A stretch of 63,842 nucleotides of DNA, counting the filler, from Octopus bimaculoides (lineage: Eukaryota): assembly GCF_001194135.2 (NCBI RefSeq). It is 6 parts of 6 records of this genome, joined end to end, with 100 filler letters (N's around TTAATTAATTAA, not from the genome) between each part and the next. Parts side by side here need not be neighbours in the genome. Positions count along the whole stretch, not along the records: positions 23,162 to 42,874 come from NC_068982.1; positions 42,975 to 54,033 come from NC_068985.1; 4 more parts are not named here. One strand, 5' to 3'. The translations under genes and the position numbers were made by a program. The notes below the pieces were generated by a model. The model had not been told where the DNA came from. It did not search any database and worked only from the letters and a program-made list of their open reading frames with translations. This document shows, in pieces, positions 34,009-47,639 of this stretch; the first letter of the stretch is position 1; every line of letters begins with the position of its first letter.

Positions 34009-34710
34009 ATATTTAATAGCATGTCCAACCCTCTCACCAGAATTCTACCCCTATCTAATAATACCGATTACGTGAACATTAAGCTGAGTCTCCTGACATA
34101 GAAATTATTTAAAATTTGCAGCACTACAATAACATTAAATAACATGAATGCTATAAGAGTGTAATATATTTCATCTCACACGTGATTCACGAAAGGAAAC
34201 TTATTTTTCATCAAGCAAATTCTGTGCAATTTCCCCTTCCTAAACCACGTAACGTAATGTCGACCTTCAACTTGATATATATATCAACATCCTTTTCCTG
34301 TGTGAGCCGTGATATCTCGTACCTTCAAAGAGATATCGGAAATATTTTACCCAAGTTACGATAAGCCAAATCTATTGAACACTGTTATGGCTTATCAATT
34401 CTCTCTCTTTTGTGCTTTCTCTCCTTTTATGTGTATCAGAAAATACACGTTCTTTCCTTTTCTATCAATCCACTGAACACTTCCGTGCCTCTATTATGGA
34501 TTAATTCTATTTCTCTAAAATTCAAAGGAAAGATACCGAAGCCGTCTCTTTCCGTATTACACAAATTCTTACGGTTTGTCTATGTATCTTGTAATCTGCG
34601 TTATTACTATTCTCACACTTGTCGGATAATAGGATTCTCTAGTCCAACAGTTCGGCATTTGCCTCGTTTTTTTTTTCAAAATAAAGTTGATAAAATCCAA
34701 CTACCGAACA

Positions 34711-34786
<76 letters not shown>

Positions 34787-34811
34787 TAGTAGTAGTAGTA
34801 GTAGTAGTAGT

Positions 34812-34842
<31 letters not shown>

Positions 34843-35144
34843 TGCAGCAGCAACAGTGACAGTAGTAGTGGTGGATGGAATAGTGGTAGTAGTAGTAGTA
34901 GCAGTGGTGGTGGTGATGGTGGTAGTAGTAGTGGTAGTTGTAGCAGCAGCAGTAGTAGTAGTAGTAGTAGTAGTAGGAGTAATAGTAGTAGTAGTAGTAG
35001 TAATAGTATTAGTAGTAGTAGTAGTATCTGCTGCAATGATGGTGATGGTAGTAGTAGTGGTAGCAGTGTCAGCAGCAGTGGTGGTGGTGGTGGTGGTGGT
35101 GGTAGTATTGGTAGCAGCAGAAGCAGCAGAAGCAGCAGCAGCAT

Positions 35145-35185
<41 letters not shown>
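34711..35185. repeat. (TAG)n array with GTG/GCA variants
   Basis: Seen directly. Confidence 0.97.
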
Positions 35186-36269
35186 TATGCTGATCAGGTA
35201 TTCTACCCCCATGAAAGTTACAATAATTTCGGTTATTTCTGACACATTCGTTCTCTTCAATGATGTCGTTACACACCCACCTCCTCTTATATCGGCAGAA
35301 CAGACAAAGACTTTTCACAAATTACTTAGTTTCTCAATTTGATTAGAATTCATTCATCACACCTTTCTTGAGCTTTCCCTTACACATGCCACTGCTTCAT
35401 TCAAGCTGAATATTTTCCTTATTCATTCGCAGCTTAACACAGACTGCAATATTATCTTTTCTAAGTACAACACCAGCTTCTTTATACTTTATATTTTATA
35501 TATAATTATAACCCCATACCATACGGCTATACAATGGTCTCACATGAATGTTTTATATCTCATATATTAAGGTTTTCCTTGTAATTGACGAATTTCACTA
35601 AGCGCTACCAGCAGCAATTTCCAAGATGTTTTTCTAGTCACTCTATGTCGTAATGTTTAAAAGTTTGTGTGGCTAAAAAATGATCTACCTTAGAATCATG
35701 TACATCATTCGCATCTCTCGACTTTCACTTACTATCTGTTTCCTACCTCCATTGTAGTTTTAAGCTGTACTTGCATAATGCTCTATTTTTCTTGCATTAA
35801 TGTTTATGAAATAGTGACACTACTAAGAAAATTTGTCCAGAGATGTTTCGTTTCTGAAATATCGAAATCGCCATCAATGTTACTTCTATATTTCAGGAAC
35901 ATCAATTCAAATTGTTTGGTTATGTTCCTTGATTTTCTAGAGTTCGATCCTGTATACCGTGTTCTCTGCTCTAAGGATCAGCTGCAGTGACGGCTTGTGT
36001 AGGTCAGCCGCAGGCAACTTCGCCACAGGTAATGAAAAATTGTCTCGTAGAGATGTGGGTAATTGGGACACTGCCCGAAGGTTTACACGGGGAAACCCAA
36101 GCAAATACCGTCAAAATGGTGGGTATATTGTCGCGTGGCAATGGCGCATAACCTGGTAGTAATGTAGCACTTAGTTTACTCTGCTCATAATAATGGGATA
36201 ATTAATTTACCTTTGCAGAAACGGATGTAAGTCGTGCGAATAACATGTGACCGATAGTTGAGGCTTCGA

Positions 36270-36660
36270 CTGTAATATATACCACAAATATCTACTATAA
36301 GTGACCGCTGATTGAGACATCACTTGAATAATATATACTACAAATATGTGCTGTTAGCTGACGCTGTTTAAAACTTCTATAATTTATGCAATAAGTATGT
36401 TCTATTTATGGCCGATATATGAATGTTCACCTGTAACATACGTTACAAGTATATTCTATTTATGACCCTATTTGAGATTTTATTTGTAATATGGGACACA
36501 AACATATGCTATTTTGACTATCATTTGATATTTCATCTATAATATATGCAACAAATATATTCTATTTTTGGCCACTACTTTCACCTGTAATATGTGCATC
36601 AAAATGTGCTAATAGTGACCGCTATCTGAGACTTGACCTGTAATATGTGCCATAAATATG
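36270..36660. repeat. Old degenerate minisatellite, about 54-bp unit, 7-8 copies
   Basis: Recurrent ACCTGTAATAT...ACAAATAT.TTCTATTT.TG.CC motif at about 54-bp spacing. Confidence 0.6.
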
Positions 36661-38826
36661 AAACTAACCATGGCAAACGGAGAAAATTACAACTATGAAA
36701 TAACAATATGCACTGCTCCACAACAATTAACGCAACTTATTTCTAAAAAAAGTTATATATTTTTTAACTGTTGGTTGCTATATTTGCCGTTTATATCTTT
36801 TTTTTTTTCATAACAAATTGACTGGAAATTTCTGCTTCACTGCAATTTTTACAATATTGATTCGAATATTTCTTACAATATTGATATTTGTTGTCAGCAT
36901 CGATGTGTGTCCTGTTGCCTCTTTGTAAAATTTATATCGTCTGATGGTTATAATTCTTAGTCGAATTTGTATCATATTAACTTTACTGTGAATACTCTTG
37001 AGAAAAATTGGAAGATCGGAATATCTTATTTATCTTCCTTTAAATATTAAATATATTGTGCCTCGTCACAATTAAGTATTATGGTCGTTATCTGTTTCTT
37101 TATTACTATCATTATGAACTGCCACTCCGAATATATAATATCTCTTTCAGAATAGCAAATATTGAATTTACCCTGCTGACGTCGTTCAATAGCGTACATA
37201 TTTCAGCCGTGGTGCATTTGAGACAGTGTAACTACTGTTCATAGAACGTTTAACCCTTCGGGAATCTTCCTCCGTATTTTTGCAAAATTCGACAAACCAA
37301 CACTAGATGTTTTGTTCGTATACATCTTCCGTGAGAAACATAGAAAAGACAGACAACAATAACTAGAGAAAAGCGGTTCGCTATCACAGCAACATATCGA
37401 TTACAATCCACGGCAATAATTGCTAGTTCATAATGAGAGATAGGAACGATGCGTCTCTTGGTCGATAGATTTTTCAGGTAACAAACTTCAGCTAGAAAAA
37501 AGCGTGCTACCCAAATGTTATTTTAAGTAATGAATCGTCACTTACGAGAGTTTTGTAAATTGAAAAAAATCCTAAAACTACAGAGTCTCCCTCCACCTTC
37601 TTTTCCACATCTTATCTAGTAACTGAAGCGGGGGATTATGCATACTAGAACTAGATACAAAACTTGTATTCTCTACAAACATTTCAACCACCTTCTCCCT
37701 CTCTTCATTTTCCACTTTTTATTTCGCACTCTCTCTAGCCCAAGTCAGTTACCTTCTTATTTCTACTTGTATCTGTTGTAATGTGTTGTGTCGACGTCCC
37801 CAAGCGAAGGAGTAGGATCGCCCAAGACATATAAATAGAGGTAGTCTGACCGTGGAGTAGAGTTCAGTAGCTGTTGAGTATCAGTCGAGTAAAGATCATC
37901 CGAAGGTGCTAGATAGCAGTAGCTTGAGACATAACATAATGTATGGAAATCCTGACAGTATATAGTTTCCTGACGATGTAAACTAGCAACTATTGCTTTA
38001 ATATCAAATATTTCATCAATGGTAATAACATTAAAAAACTTACATTTGAGTTTCTTTCTTGTTGAGAATTCTATTCTGCCACAAACAAAGATGTTTCCTG
38101 CGTTAATAGAATGTAGTATCACTACTCTACGTGCGGTTGGTTGGAGATAACATTTTATTACATCAAGGCAAATGACTGCGTGGTTTTCAGGGAAGATATC
38201 TTAGAACATAACGAATCTCACGTAGAATTTCTGGAATGTCTTACATCACTGTGTCACGAACAGATTGGATTTAGAGAATCAGCATCAGTTTCTTTTACTC
38301 TTTGGTCGTGAAACAAAGTGTTTCTAGGTTCTTGTGTTAATTTGTTGGTACATAACATAATGCACCTATAATTATGTATGTATGTGTGTATGTATGTATG
38401 TATGCATGCATGTATTATGTATGTATGNNNNNNNNNNNNNNNNNNNNNNNNNNNNNNNNNNNNNNNNNNNNNNNNNNNNNNNNNNNNNNNNNNNNNNNNN
38501 NNNNNNNNNNNNNNNNNNNNNNNNNNNNNNNNNNNNNNNNNNNNNNNNNNNNNNNNNNNNNNNNNNNNNNNNNNNNNNNNNNNNNNNNNNNNNNNNNNNN
38601 NNNNNNNNNNNNNNNNNNNNNNNNNNNNNNNNNGTGCATATGTGTGTGTGTGCAGTATTTGGTGTTACTGTATGCGCAGATTTGTATGTTTGTTTTATGG
38701 ATGCGTGTTTATGTCTAGATGCATGCATATGTATTTATGTGCTAAATTTTTGTAAAGTTTTACATATCTTTACAGTTCCATTGATGGCTTGAATCTGTAG
38801 TCTTCTAATCAGCCTTTTTCTTTCAG

Positions 38827-38901
38827 GTTTTGAGAACCCTAATTTTTCCAGGTTTTTGTTGAGGCAGTTTGTTACATATCCCAATGCCCCAACAATCACG
38901 G
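38827..38901 (+). CDS. Candidate 75-nt symmetric (phase 1-1) internal exon, possibly from an Ig-superfamily gene
   Basis: Acceptor ctttttctttcAG and donor CGG|GTATGT. Reads GFENPNFSRFLLRQFVTYPNAPTITG, where V.YP..P.ITG resembles Ig-domain linkers. Confidence 0.4.
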
Positions 38902-41248
38902 GTATGTATGTATATAAGAGATTTTCTTCACATAATTAGTCATAATCAAAGTATTTGATTTTGCAACAGTTATCAGTTGTCTATTTTCGCAAGAAAACCT
39001 TCTAGGTAGCCCTGAGGAACAGAGATAGTCATCCAGAAAATTGGCATGGTAATCTGGATTTGACAAGCAGCTGTAGTAATATCGCTATCAACACTTTAGC
39101 TATTAAATAAGAATGTCACATGTGTAAGGTTTAAAAAATGAACATTTGCATGAATAGCAAAATAGTTCAACTTTGTTTTCAAAATGTTAAACTACAAAGG
39201 ACACACTAAAAATTTCATGATAGGTTTTACTTTCTTCTTTTTTTTTTATAGTTTGTTAAACAAACATCATTTGCCATCTCTTGACATATTATCTGGCTTA
39301 GTTTGTATTTTGTTTGCTTTACTTGTCAATCCTTAATCATAATAACACATGTTACACCTGGGATTGGACGTTATACAATCTTCAAACGGACGAATGTCAT
39401 ATTATGTAGTTTATATATTTGGTTCGGAGAATCGTTAAAATTTGTTGGAGAGGTGTTTGTGAATTGTAAATGGCGCCTTGTCACGAGATTGCGACAACAT
39501 TAGTACTACAACGGTAACTGCTGTAAATCAACACAGTATTATTTCCGCTAAAAACAAACTTATTCATATATCAACATTTTCTTTGTATTTGGTTCCTCCT
39601 GATGCTATTGATATTAAGATCAATTCCCTAGCTACCAAATAAACAACAGTTCTCATTCTATATTCTGCAGTTCTACTCTTCTGTTCTGTCATCTATTACC
39701 ACTGACAATATATCTCGGTTTGCACTCTTAGGAGCAGGTGTTTACAAAATACGATATTATAGACGTTGGTATTTCAATCACATGATAAAACTAATGACAA
39801 CAGAGACTCGAAACTTCCATTAACACTGCAATCAACTACATGAAAACTAAACTAAATGACAATTTCTCCATGGAACAACGAGTGCCAAAGTAAACCCCTT
39901 TGAAAGATGTTCAATGTAAAGTAAATAGTAAATTGTGATAGCACCGAACCTATTCTAAATATCAGATGTTTAGCCAATATTGCAAGTAATAAAGATTGGC
40001 ATTGTTGTGAAGAGACTGCACAATCATGAAAACTAATCGTAGGTGTGTGGACATATTTTTCTGTGATGTTATTCATACCACAATCAATACTACAATAATA
40101 TATTTAATGATTTAACTGCCTATGGGTGTGTGTTTGATTTGTATCATTTGTAAATACTTACGCAATTTCGTCCTGTGCGAAATAATATCGTTATCAGGTA
40201 ATATACTTGCGAATACATCTGTACATATTTCAATAAATGTCCAAGTATAATAGATTTTTATGTTCGTACATTTATGAGTTAGTCGATGAATATGTAAATA
40301 GAAGTTGTATGATCGAACAATTCATATGTTAGGTATTTCCGAAAAAGTAATAATGTCCTGCATAAAGAAAACAAAAGATATAATGGAATGATATAAACCT
40401 AGTATTTTGATGATATATGTCTAATATAGTGAGCGAGTTAAATTTAGAGGGAATTTTTATTTGGAATAGAAAAGAATGAAAACTAGAGGAATACATTTAA
40501 TCTTCAGTCACAACACTACTGATTCTCCTTACAATTTATTCCGATATATCTTGTTATTTATGTTTGGTTACATTTATCAATATGTCTCTTTATTATTTAT
40601 TGGCAGAAAGGCAGTAAGCTAGCAGACTTGTTAACATGCCGGACAAAATTCTTAGAGGCGTTTCCTCCGTCCTTACATTCTGAGATTCAGCCTGTAATAA
40701 GGAAACTGATAGGAGGTCGATGTTCCTTCAGTCGTGAGATTTTAACCAAAGGTTTATTCAGCTTCTATAAGCAATGTTCTAACCCGAAGAATGAATGTTT
40801 TGCTCTTCTTCGTTATAGCTGTGACTGTTTTAGCTCTTGATGTCTAACAAAAAGATCGCCCTTGATCTGACTTATGGCATGTAACTAGATGATAGTATGA
40901 CGACTGGCAATTTCTTCTACCGTAATAATAATAGACGGATAGTTTATCCACTCTAAGGTATACTGTATTCTAGACTCTATCATACAATATGCCCATAATT
41001 TCTTAGGTTGAAAAGGGAAATTTGAAAAGATTTCCCACAGATTACACAGGACACCAAGTGTTGTAACCAAGCATTTGTATATTGTGTGAAGCTTTTAATC
41101 CCGTTTTATACGTATGTAAAGTATATTATCCGATTTTTGATCAGAGATTATTTGGTGGGGATGTTTCGCTGAGATCAAGGTCTGATGACCTGTACGCAAC
41201 TCAGTTTAATACTCGTTTCATACTGAGTCCCTTCATTTCTTTTACAGC

Positions 41249-41280
<32 letters not shown>

Positions 41281-41920
41281 CAGCATTATCTAAAGTGTGG
41301 TCCAATGTCTTAACTTCCCAATAGACATAGAGAAACATACAAATGCCATTTCTAGTACGCCAAGATACCACGTAAAGTATTTTGCACTTGTTCAAGAAAA
41401 ATGTAGCAGATTATGGTGCATTTTAGACAATAGTGATGGTTAAGGTTCGGGATAAAATATAAAATGGTGCTAGACCATTGATGTATCGTGAACTAAATGG
41501 TCAAACCTTTGGAAGATATGGCTGAGTTTGCGAAAAGGAATCACAAATATTAAGGAAAGTTGACCCTTAGCAGAACCCTTAAGATCTTGATATGAGAACA
41601 CCGTAAGGTGGTCAGTCTAATCTGAAAATTAACATTCCTTGTAATATATCACACTATCCCCACTTTCTTATCTGTTGGGTAGATGTACATAAGAAAGAAG
41701 AAATTAAATATCTTCATGGGTATATGAGCTAGCACGAGAGTAATTGTTTGAATCTGTTAGAAGTGCCTTGGTGACAGCTTCTTTCAGTAGATAGAATTAA
41801 CAGAATTAATTACTGTACATAATGACAACATTTACATAATAATGAGATGGTGGTTAATGATGTGTGTATATGTGTGTGTAATTGTCAAATTAAAGCAATG
41901 CAGTTACTGAATGCGACGGT

Positions 41921-42700
41921 TTTACGTTCAGTTGTGATAATTATTCAGTGATCTGAATGCGGAAAAGCAGATAGTTATGGACGACGACATTATGAAGACG
42001 AAAACCAATAATTTAACTAAATGAGTGTAGTCTTTTGTCTGCGACAATTAATGAATATCGTGAAGATTAATTGATTCATGTACCTCCGTTAAGCGGGAAA
42101 TTCTACTAACCCCCTTTGTCAAAGAAATAAGTGTTACGAAGGTCTGTAAATTACCTTGAAAGTGTAGGTTAAAGGGCACGGAAAACATGAAGCCAATCTG
42201 AAGAATTGCAGACAATAACAAATTGGAATGAATAGGCAACTGAAGCAAGGATAGATACCACTAGAAAAGGAATCAACTAACTAACGAGTGTGTGTTGTGG
42301 AACGTTATTTCTTGCGTATGTACCTTACAAGCTTCAATCTAGTTAGTGAACGACAACAGTTTCATAAATAGAGTAAAATTTCCAACAGCTGTTTCATTAT
42401 TTGTATAAAACTGTGTAAAGTTATATTAATTCCTGCTTAAAATTGGACGTTGTGTTAGAAAACAAAATACTGCGACATTTACCACAAGAGAAATATGCTG
42501 CGACATTTACCGCATGGAACTATGGTGACTACAAGCACTTGTGTTTTTATTGCTAGCGGGGGTTAATCACTCGCTATCGCCACCCGGACTACCACATCAC
42601 GTGAGCTGTGCCTTCCTTGCACTTGTCAAAATGTCGCCGTCATCAACTATCTGCTTTTCTGTATTCAGATCACTGAATAATTATCACAAATGAACGTAAA
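41921..42700. repeat. About 74-bp imperfect inverted repeats 630 bp apart, possible old non-autonomous DNA transposon
   Basis: 41921-41994 matches the reverse complement of 42627-42700. No clean TSD found. Confidence 0.55.
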
Positions 42701-42874
42701 GAGATAGCTGTCATTCCTCTGTCAGCGATATACATAGAATGTCAATATCTTTTCAGATACCGTTGCCGCAAATAAACAGTGGGCTTAACTGCAAGACAAG
42801 TAGTTTTAAACCAAAATTTGATATTGTTTCCCTCGGAGATAGAGATGTGTATATATATATATATATATATATAT

Positions 42875-42974
42875 NNNNNNNNNNNNNNNNNNNNNNNNNN
42901 NNNNNNNNNNNNNNNNNNTTAATTAATTAANNNNNNNNNNNNNNNNNNNNNNNNNNNNNNNNNNNNNNNNNNNN
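42875..42974. other. Artificial scaffold linker
   Basis: 44 N + TTAATTAATTAA (42919-42930) + 44 N. Confidence 0.95.
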
Positions 42975-43764
42975 AGGCAGTGGCTCTCATGGCTTCTCGT
43001 CTTAACTGATTGGAAGTGTTATCATGTACCTTGTTTCGTCTTGGTATAAAAGATGGGCTACAGCAAATATTCTGCTCAGTAACACAGATTTGCTTGTTAG
43101 TTGTTTGACCTTAACCAGTTGAGTATGCCCTTTAGTGGCTGACGATATGTGCATTTCTGATCATGAGCAGAAGTAGTGGAGGAGCATCATAGCCATGTGT
43201 TGAGAGGAATTCTTTGGGGTCTGAATAATTCACCTCTGGAAACATGGGTGTTTTGTTCATCATCCTTAAACAATCTTTATTCAGGGACCTTTTAAGCGAG
43301 TTAGAGTACCCAACCTGAAGAAAATTCTAACTGGGCCCCACCTGCAAGGTCATGGGCTGTTTATCTTGATATGAGATCACCATATCACGCACATATGATT
43401 GTGATGCATGTGCCTGGTGTATCTTTATCAGACGGGTAGTCATGACGGGTATATTGAGCTTCGTATATTTTGCCCCAGTTTCAAATTTTGGTACAAGGCC
43501 AGCAGGTTTGGGCTAAGTTGATTAAATTGACCCAAGTGTTGAACAGTTACTTATTTTATCGACTCCAAAAGGATGTAAGGCAAAGTTGACCACGGTGGAA
43601 TTTGAACTCAGAAGGTATGGACGGATGAAATACTGCAAAGCATTTTGCCCTGTGTGTTAACGATAATAATAATGGTTTCAAATTTTGGCACAAGTCCAGC
43701 AATTTTGGAGGAGGGGCTAAGTTGATTGCATCGATACTAGTGCTCAACTGGTACTTATTTTATC

Positions 43765-44580
43765 GACGACCTGAAATTATTTGCCAAAAGTGAGAATGCT
43801 TTAATTCACTGGTACGGACTGTTAGAGTTGTGAGTGATGACATTGCCATGGAGTTTGGAATAGATAAATGTGCGATATTACTGATAAAAAAGAGGGAAAA
43901 TACCCAAGTCAGAAGGGAGTGGACATTACAAGTACGTTGGTGTACTGGATACAGATAGATCGTCTGCCAAGAAATGAACGAGAAAATGAAAAACGAATAT
44001 CTCAAGAGAGTAAAAAGGGTGATTAGCTCAAAATTGAATGGAAGATAAACATCTTCACAGTAAACATATGTGCGGTCTCGCTTATAAGATATTCTGCTAC
44101 TTTCCTAAACTGAACTAAAGAAGAACTAAGAGACATATTGTGAAACCAGAAAGTCAATGTCCATGTACAGAGACACCCCAGATACAGTGTCGATAGATTA
44201 TACCTACCATTGAAGAGGTGTGGAGGTCTGATATCAATAGAAGGCAGTGTGGAGATTGCAAAACGAGATACACTAAAGTGTGTGAGAAGCACCCCAGAAT
44301 TTCAGCTGCCAGGGCAGAGGAGAAAGAGGCTGCGAAAGCGGTAACGAAATACAAGAAAAGAAGGAAAGAGGTGCAACAACGAAACATCTGGGGAAAAGAA
44401 CTATGCCATCAGCATCTCAGACAACGCAGGACGTCGCAGCAGAGAAGCCTTAATTATGGCTGAAGAACAGGGACCTAACTAAAGAAACGGGATTCATAAC
44501 AGCTACTCAAAGGCAGTCATTGCAGACGAATATCATTAAGGCCAAATTAGACTGTGTAATGAGAAAGAGGAATCCATTAT
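43765..44580 (+). mobile_element. Decayed Dong/R4-like LINE, RT C-terminal and thumb region
   Basis: DDLKLFAKSEN...DDIAMEFGIDKCA...YKYVGVL...EYLKRVKRVISSKLNG...VDRLYLPLKR.GGLIS, with stops and frameshifts. Homologous to 59281-60660. Confidence 0.85.
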
Positions 44581-44599
44581 GTATATAAGTTCTTGTAAG

Positions 44600-45170
44600 A
44601 AGCACTGCCTGTTCAAGATAAACTTTATAGGTACGGAAGCACTGCCAGGCAGTACAGTTCAGGATGCTTGCAGAGCGACAAAACCGTTATGCACGCACTT
44701 ATGCAGTGTCCGAGTTATGTCGAACAGCTGTTATTGCGAGTGGGACGAATCCGACTATCGGCCGAATCCATCATGAGGATCGCCCCACCAGCTGCCTTTA
44801 ACAAGGTAGGACAAGCAGTATTCCTCTGTTTAGTGGCTATCACGAAAGAGGTTTGTGGTAAACGAGGCTGAAAGGATTGAGTAAAAACACCTTCCTCTTC
44901 AGTCAAGCCCTCATCGACTTTTTTTATGTTCGACTTGAGAAAGGAAAGTGGGGGTGGAGAGGGAAGTGCCACCTCCAAATGAATTTGTGATAAAATGGAT
45001 GACTGGTTAGAGTGAATGGCCCTAATGTGAGATTGTGCCTATAGATTGGAGAGCAATAGTTAAGGGAGGGTTCATGTCTTTGGTGATAAGAGCAATCCTG
45101 GATTTATGGGGTTCCTTGATTGGCCGTGGTTGAATTTTCTCCTCTATCAGGAAGACTGCATCATTCGTGT
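44600..45170 (+). mobile_element. L1/Tx1-like LINE ORF2 C-terminal fragment and 3' UTR
   Basis: ALPVQDKLYRYGST...CLQSDKTVMHALMQCP is a zinc-knuckle CxxC..T..H.L..C pattern, followed by YVEQLL...VFLCLVAITKEV. Degenerate. Confidence 0.65.
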
Positions 45171-46029
45171 TATCACATACTTTGTATACTTTCATCATAT
45201 TTCACAATCTTTGCCATTTCTTTCTCATTTTTTATGTAAATACCTACACAAATTATTGACTGTTTTTGTGACATCCCACTGATCCATAACCTTGTGTCTA
45301 ATAAAAAAAATCTTCATCATCATCATTGTAATCATCATCATCATCATCATCATCAATATCATCATCATCATCATCATTATTATCATTACAGGCAGCAAAC
45401 TAACAGAATAGTTAGGGCAAAACAAAATGCTGTACGGTATTCTTTCGACTCTCTGTATTCTGAGATCTAAACCCATTGACGTCAGTTTTGTCTTTAATCA
45501 TTCTGGGGTCGATAAAATAAGGTACTGGTCAATAACTGTGGTTGACGGTATATGCTAGGCCCCTGCCCTCAAAATTGCTGCCATTTCATCTAAATTAGAA
45601 AACAATCACTATCGTTACCTTGACAAGAGCTTCCTGCAAGTTTCTATTGCACCATACATGGTACGTCCCAGTCTCTCTGAAGTATGTGAAATATAGCCTG
45701 TTGAGGTGCAGAGTTATGTTTGTGTACATTTATCTTGTTTGCTGTGGGTTTGTGTTGTAGTGTCTTTATTTTATTTTATTGTCAGCTGTTTATTGTGTAG
45801 ACTATGTGCAGTGTGAGTAGTATTGTGTTGGATAATTGTTGTGGTTGGTAAAAACTATGTGAGTTGTGTGTTTAAGAGTCGGAGTGTGATTGTGTTCTGT
45901 ATGTGCTGAGTTAGTTGTGTTGTAATGTTGAACGATGCTTGTGTTTCAAAGGTGCATGTCCAAGATTAAGCTTTCCCCTTTTCCTTTCACGATCTACTGC
46001 TTGTGGGTCTGATTCTTGTACTGAGCGGC

Positions 46030-46200
46030 GCATTGTATTCTAAGAGGTTGAAGAATATTGGAATTGAGATTCGCATTATCAAACTTAAGAAAAGTGCTAT
46101 TCTGTATTCTGCAAGAATTCTATGAAAGAATCTTGAGATTTGAGATTTGCTGCCACTAAATCTCAGGATAATGCACTATCGAACTAAAATAGCACATAAT
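46030..46200 (+). mobile_element. Dong/R4-like LINE extreme 3' end
   Basis: LKNIGIEIRIIKLKKSAILYSARIL resembles the RLE-LINE terminal QK.A.L.TA.ILR motif. Followed by an AAT-rich tail. Confidence 0.45.
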
Positions 46201-46419
46201 AGCTCCAATAATAAATAATCCATCCGTCTTCTCCACCCACTATTCTTGAAAGTATTGGAAGAGATGTGTCGTCAACTACCTTCTCCGGAGATTACTATCA
46301 GAAGTAGCTGTCAACACATTTTCCGGTTCGATTGCCAAGCGTGACGAAATAAATACTATAGATATTATCTAACCATCTCGTGCTTTGTCTACCCTCAGAT
46401 CTCGACTCCAGATGGGATG

Positions 46420-46925
46420 AAAGGCAAAGTTGACCTTAACGAGATTTGAACTTAGAAAGTAAAGAACTGGAATAAATTCTGTTAAGCCTTTTGTCCAGCA
46501 CGCTAATGATTCTCTCTGTTCGCTGCTTTAATAATATTACCCATAATCCTTTCTACTATAAGCACAACTTTTATCGACCCCGAAAAGATGAAAGGCAAGG
46601 TCAACCTTGGAAGAATTTGAACTCAGAACGTAAAGATGCACGAAATGTTGCAAAGCATTTTGCCCGGCGCGGTAACGATTCTGCTAACACACTGCCATTA
46701 TAATAACAATGCTTTCAATTTTTGGCATAAGGCCAGCAAGTTTGGGTAAACGGTGAAGTCGCTTACATTGACCCCCAATGTTCAACTGGCACTTATTTTA
46801 TCGATTCTGACAGGATAAAATGCAAAGTCTACCTAGGAAGAATTTGAACTCAGAGCGTAAAGACGGACGAAACGCCGCTAAGCATTTTGCCCCGGCGCAG
46901 TAACGACTGTGCCAGTTCGCCGCTT
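46420..46925 (-). mobile_element. Cluster of three partial SINE family A copies
   Basis: Repeated GATGAAAGGCAAAGTTGACC...TTTGAACTCAGAA blocks. Confidence 0.75.
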
Positions 46926-47639
46926 TTATAATAATAAAGAGGAAAATAATCTCTTGATGTAATGATTTTCTTTTCTAATCAGAGAATCACAGGAAAATTA
47001 ATTAATTCAATTTTCATAAGATAAAACACAATAATATTAAGAAGATAGCTAAAATATGTCAGAGCAAAGATTTGGCACAAAGTAAAAAAACATAAACAAT
47101 GAAAGAGTAAATATATTCAAAGTTACTTTTAATCTGAATTCAACTCTGGCGATTAAAACATCTCGTGAAATACCTTTATTGAATGCAAGTCGAGTGGAAT
47201 ATTTCGTTGGAAAAAGCTATATGCATAATTCGCCAACTACTTTGTATTTTCGTTATGAATTTTAAGAAATCTAAAAATATTTGAGGAGAAAATTAAGCGA
47301 AAAAAAGCTTACAAAACAAAAGCCGCTAAGTCAGCAATAAGCTAGAGCTAACAAATTAACGTTTAGTGTTCAAAACAAATAACTGAATTATCCGGCATTG
47401 TTTTTGCTATTTATTCTTTATTTAAAAGATATTTTCAAAGTAAGTGGACGAACCAGAAAATCATTTTATATTTTTAATTTCACGTCAAATTTGTTTTTTG
47501 AAGTCCTTTTCATGCAGTTTAAATAGTTTGATTGTAATTAAATTTAAATTAAGCGATGTATATGATGACAGATTTGTGTATGTCATAAAAATACCATTGC
47601 TTCGAATATTTAGACGTTTACAATACATTTTCTCGACCT

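Noticed and set aside
36270-36660. C2H2 zinc-finger array (TCNICNK-like reading)
   Set aside because: The period is about 54 nt rather than 84, there is no HxxxH half, and there are frequent stops. Treated as a minisatellite.
37763-38122. 119-aa minus-strand ORF as a gene
   Set aside because: No recognisable domain and no consistent acceptor/donor pair in frame.
42975-43475. Unique regulatory or coding sequence
   Set aside because: It has no ORF and resembles an abundant octopus interspersed repeat as I recall it. The class cannot be supported from this window alone.
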